Translations under genes and position numbers: made by a program
The notes under the pieces: generated by a model
Databases searched by the model: none
What the model saw: the letters and a program-made list of their open reading frames with translations, nothing else
What the model was told of the DNA's origin: nothing
In this document: one piece after another, positions 63,651 to 64,000 of the stretch
Position numbering within the stretch: the first letter of the stretch is position 1
How the letters are laid out: each line of letters starts with the position of its first letter
DNA from: Lytechinus pictus
Taxonomy: Eukaryota
Assembly: GCF_037042905.1 (NCBI RefSeq)
Contig: NC_087245.1
Coordinates: 36,520,001-36,584,000 of the forward strand
Direction: 5' to 3'
Length of the DNA: 64,000 nt

Positions 63651-64000
63651 ATCAACATGGCGACAGCCGTGCGGATGATTACTGCTACTGCCCTGAAAGT
63701 TCTCAACACCACCGAAGCAGCGATAGAACTGCAACAAGACGATACCGTTATCCACTCTCGGCTTATTGATGACAGCATCCTTGATCAGGAGGAAGAACTG
63801 GATGATGAGGGTGATGATGAGGAGGAGGAGGAGGACATTGGCAGGAGAGATGGAGAGACAGAGGAGGACAGGGAGAAACTTGAAGGAAAAAATATTGACT
63901 TGAATCTTCTCTCGGATCTTTGTGATGATCTTTTCTCGGAGAGCGAATCCGTAGAGGACGGGTACCTGAACTCATTAGCCGACGTTCTGATCGATATCGA
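63651..64000 (+). CDS. MYRIP: MYRIP-like exon truncated by window end (INMATAVRMITATALKVLNTTEAAIELQ...GYLNSLADVLIDI)
   Basis: tttcag acceptor; frame open to the window end; ITATALKVLNTTE resembles the MyRIP segment recalled as ISTEVLKVINATEE. Confidence 0.88.
   Translation, partial: MNMATAVRMITATALKVLNTTEAAIELQQDDTVIHSRLIDDSILDQEEELDDEGDDEEEEEDIGRRDGETEEDREKLEGKNIDLNLLSDLCDDLFSESESVEDGYLNSLADVLIDI

Larger units (their letters stand above)
38014..64000 (+). other. MYRIP: Gene span (partial at both ends): MYRIP/melanophilin-like Rab effector (Slac2 family), 10 coding exons in window
   Basis: The spliced reading frame is open across 10 GT-AG exons with matching phases (2-0-2-1-1-1-0-0-0-0). 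It encodes the Slp-homology-domain zinc finger followed by EWFY...RAKFRRFGSAKVVRSLY, which matches my recollection of MyRIP/melanophilin SHD2. MYRIP vs MLPH orthology is not resolved. Confidence 0.9.

Overview
AT-rich eukaryotic (animal) genomic DNA. The repeat landscape suggests an invertebrate deuterostome such as a sea urchin, but that is inference. The only supported protein-coding gene is a + strand, multi-exon Rab27-effector gene of the MYRIP/melanophilin (Slac2) family. Ten GT-AG exons with consistent phases were reconstructed by hand (38014-38149, 38857-38942, 40408-40520, 44693-44830, 54876-54944, 56368-56432, 57985-60573, 62373-62516, 62991-63065, 63651->64000), about 1,250 codons in the window. 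They encode the 8-Cys zinc finger and SHD2 of the Slp-homology domain, a very long acidic low-complexity middle on one 2.6-kb exon, and C-terminal helical/coiled-coil motifs. I could not find the SHD1/start exon, so the first 38 kb is probably one large intron, and the gene continues past the right edge. The rest is non-autonomous transposons (Harbinger-, Kolobok-, hAT-, pogo-, MULE- and CACTA-like MITEs, several nested), tRNA-SINEs and LINE tails, microsatellites and a 1.9-kb 15-bp minisatellite. No transposase, RNA gene, CRISPR array or convincing novel multi-gene system was found. The best leads are the unusual protein architecture, candidate alternative or antisense exons, and RFX X-box clusters.
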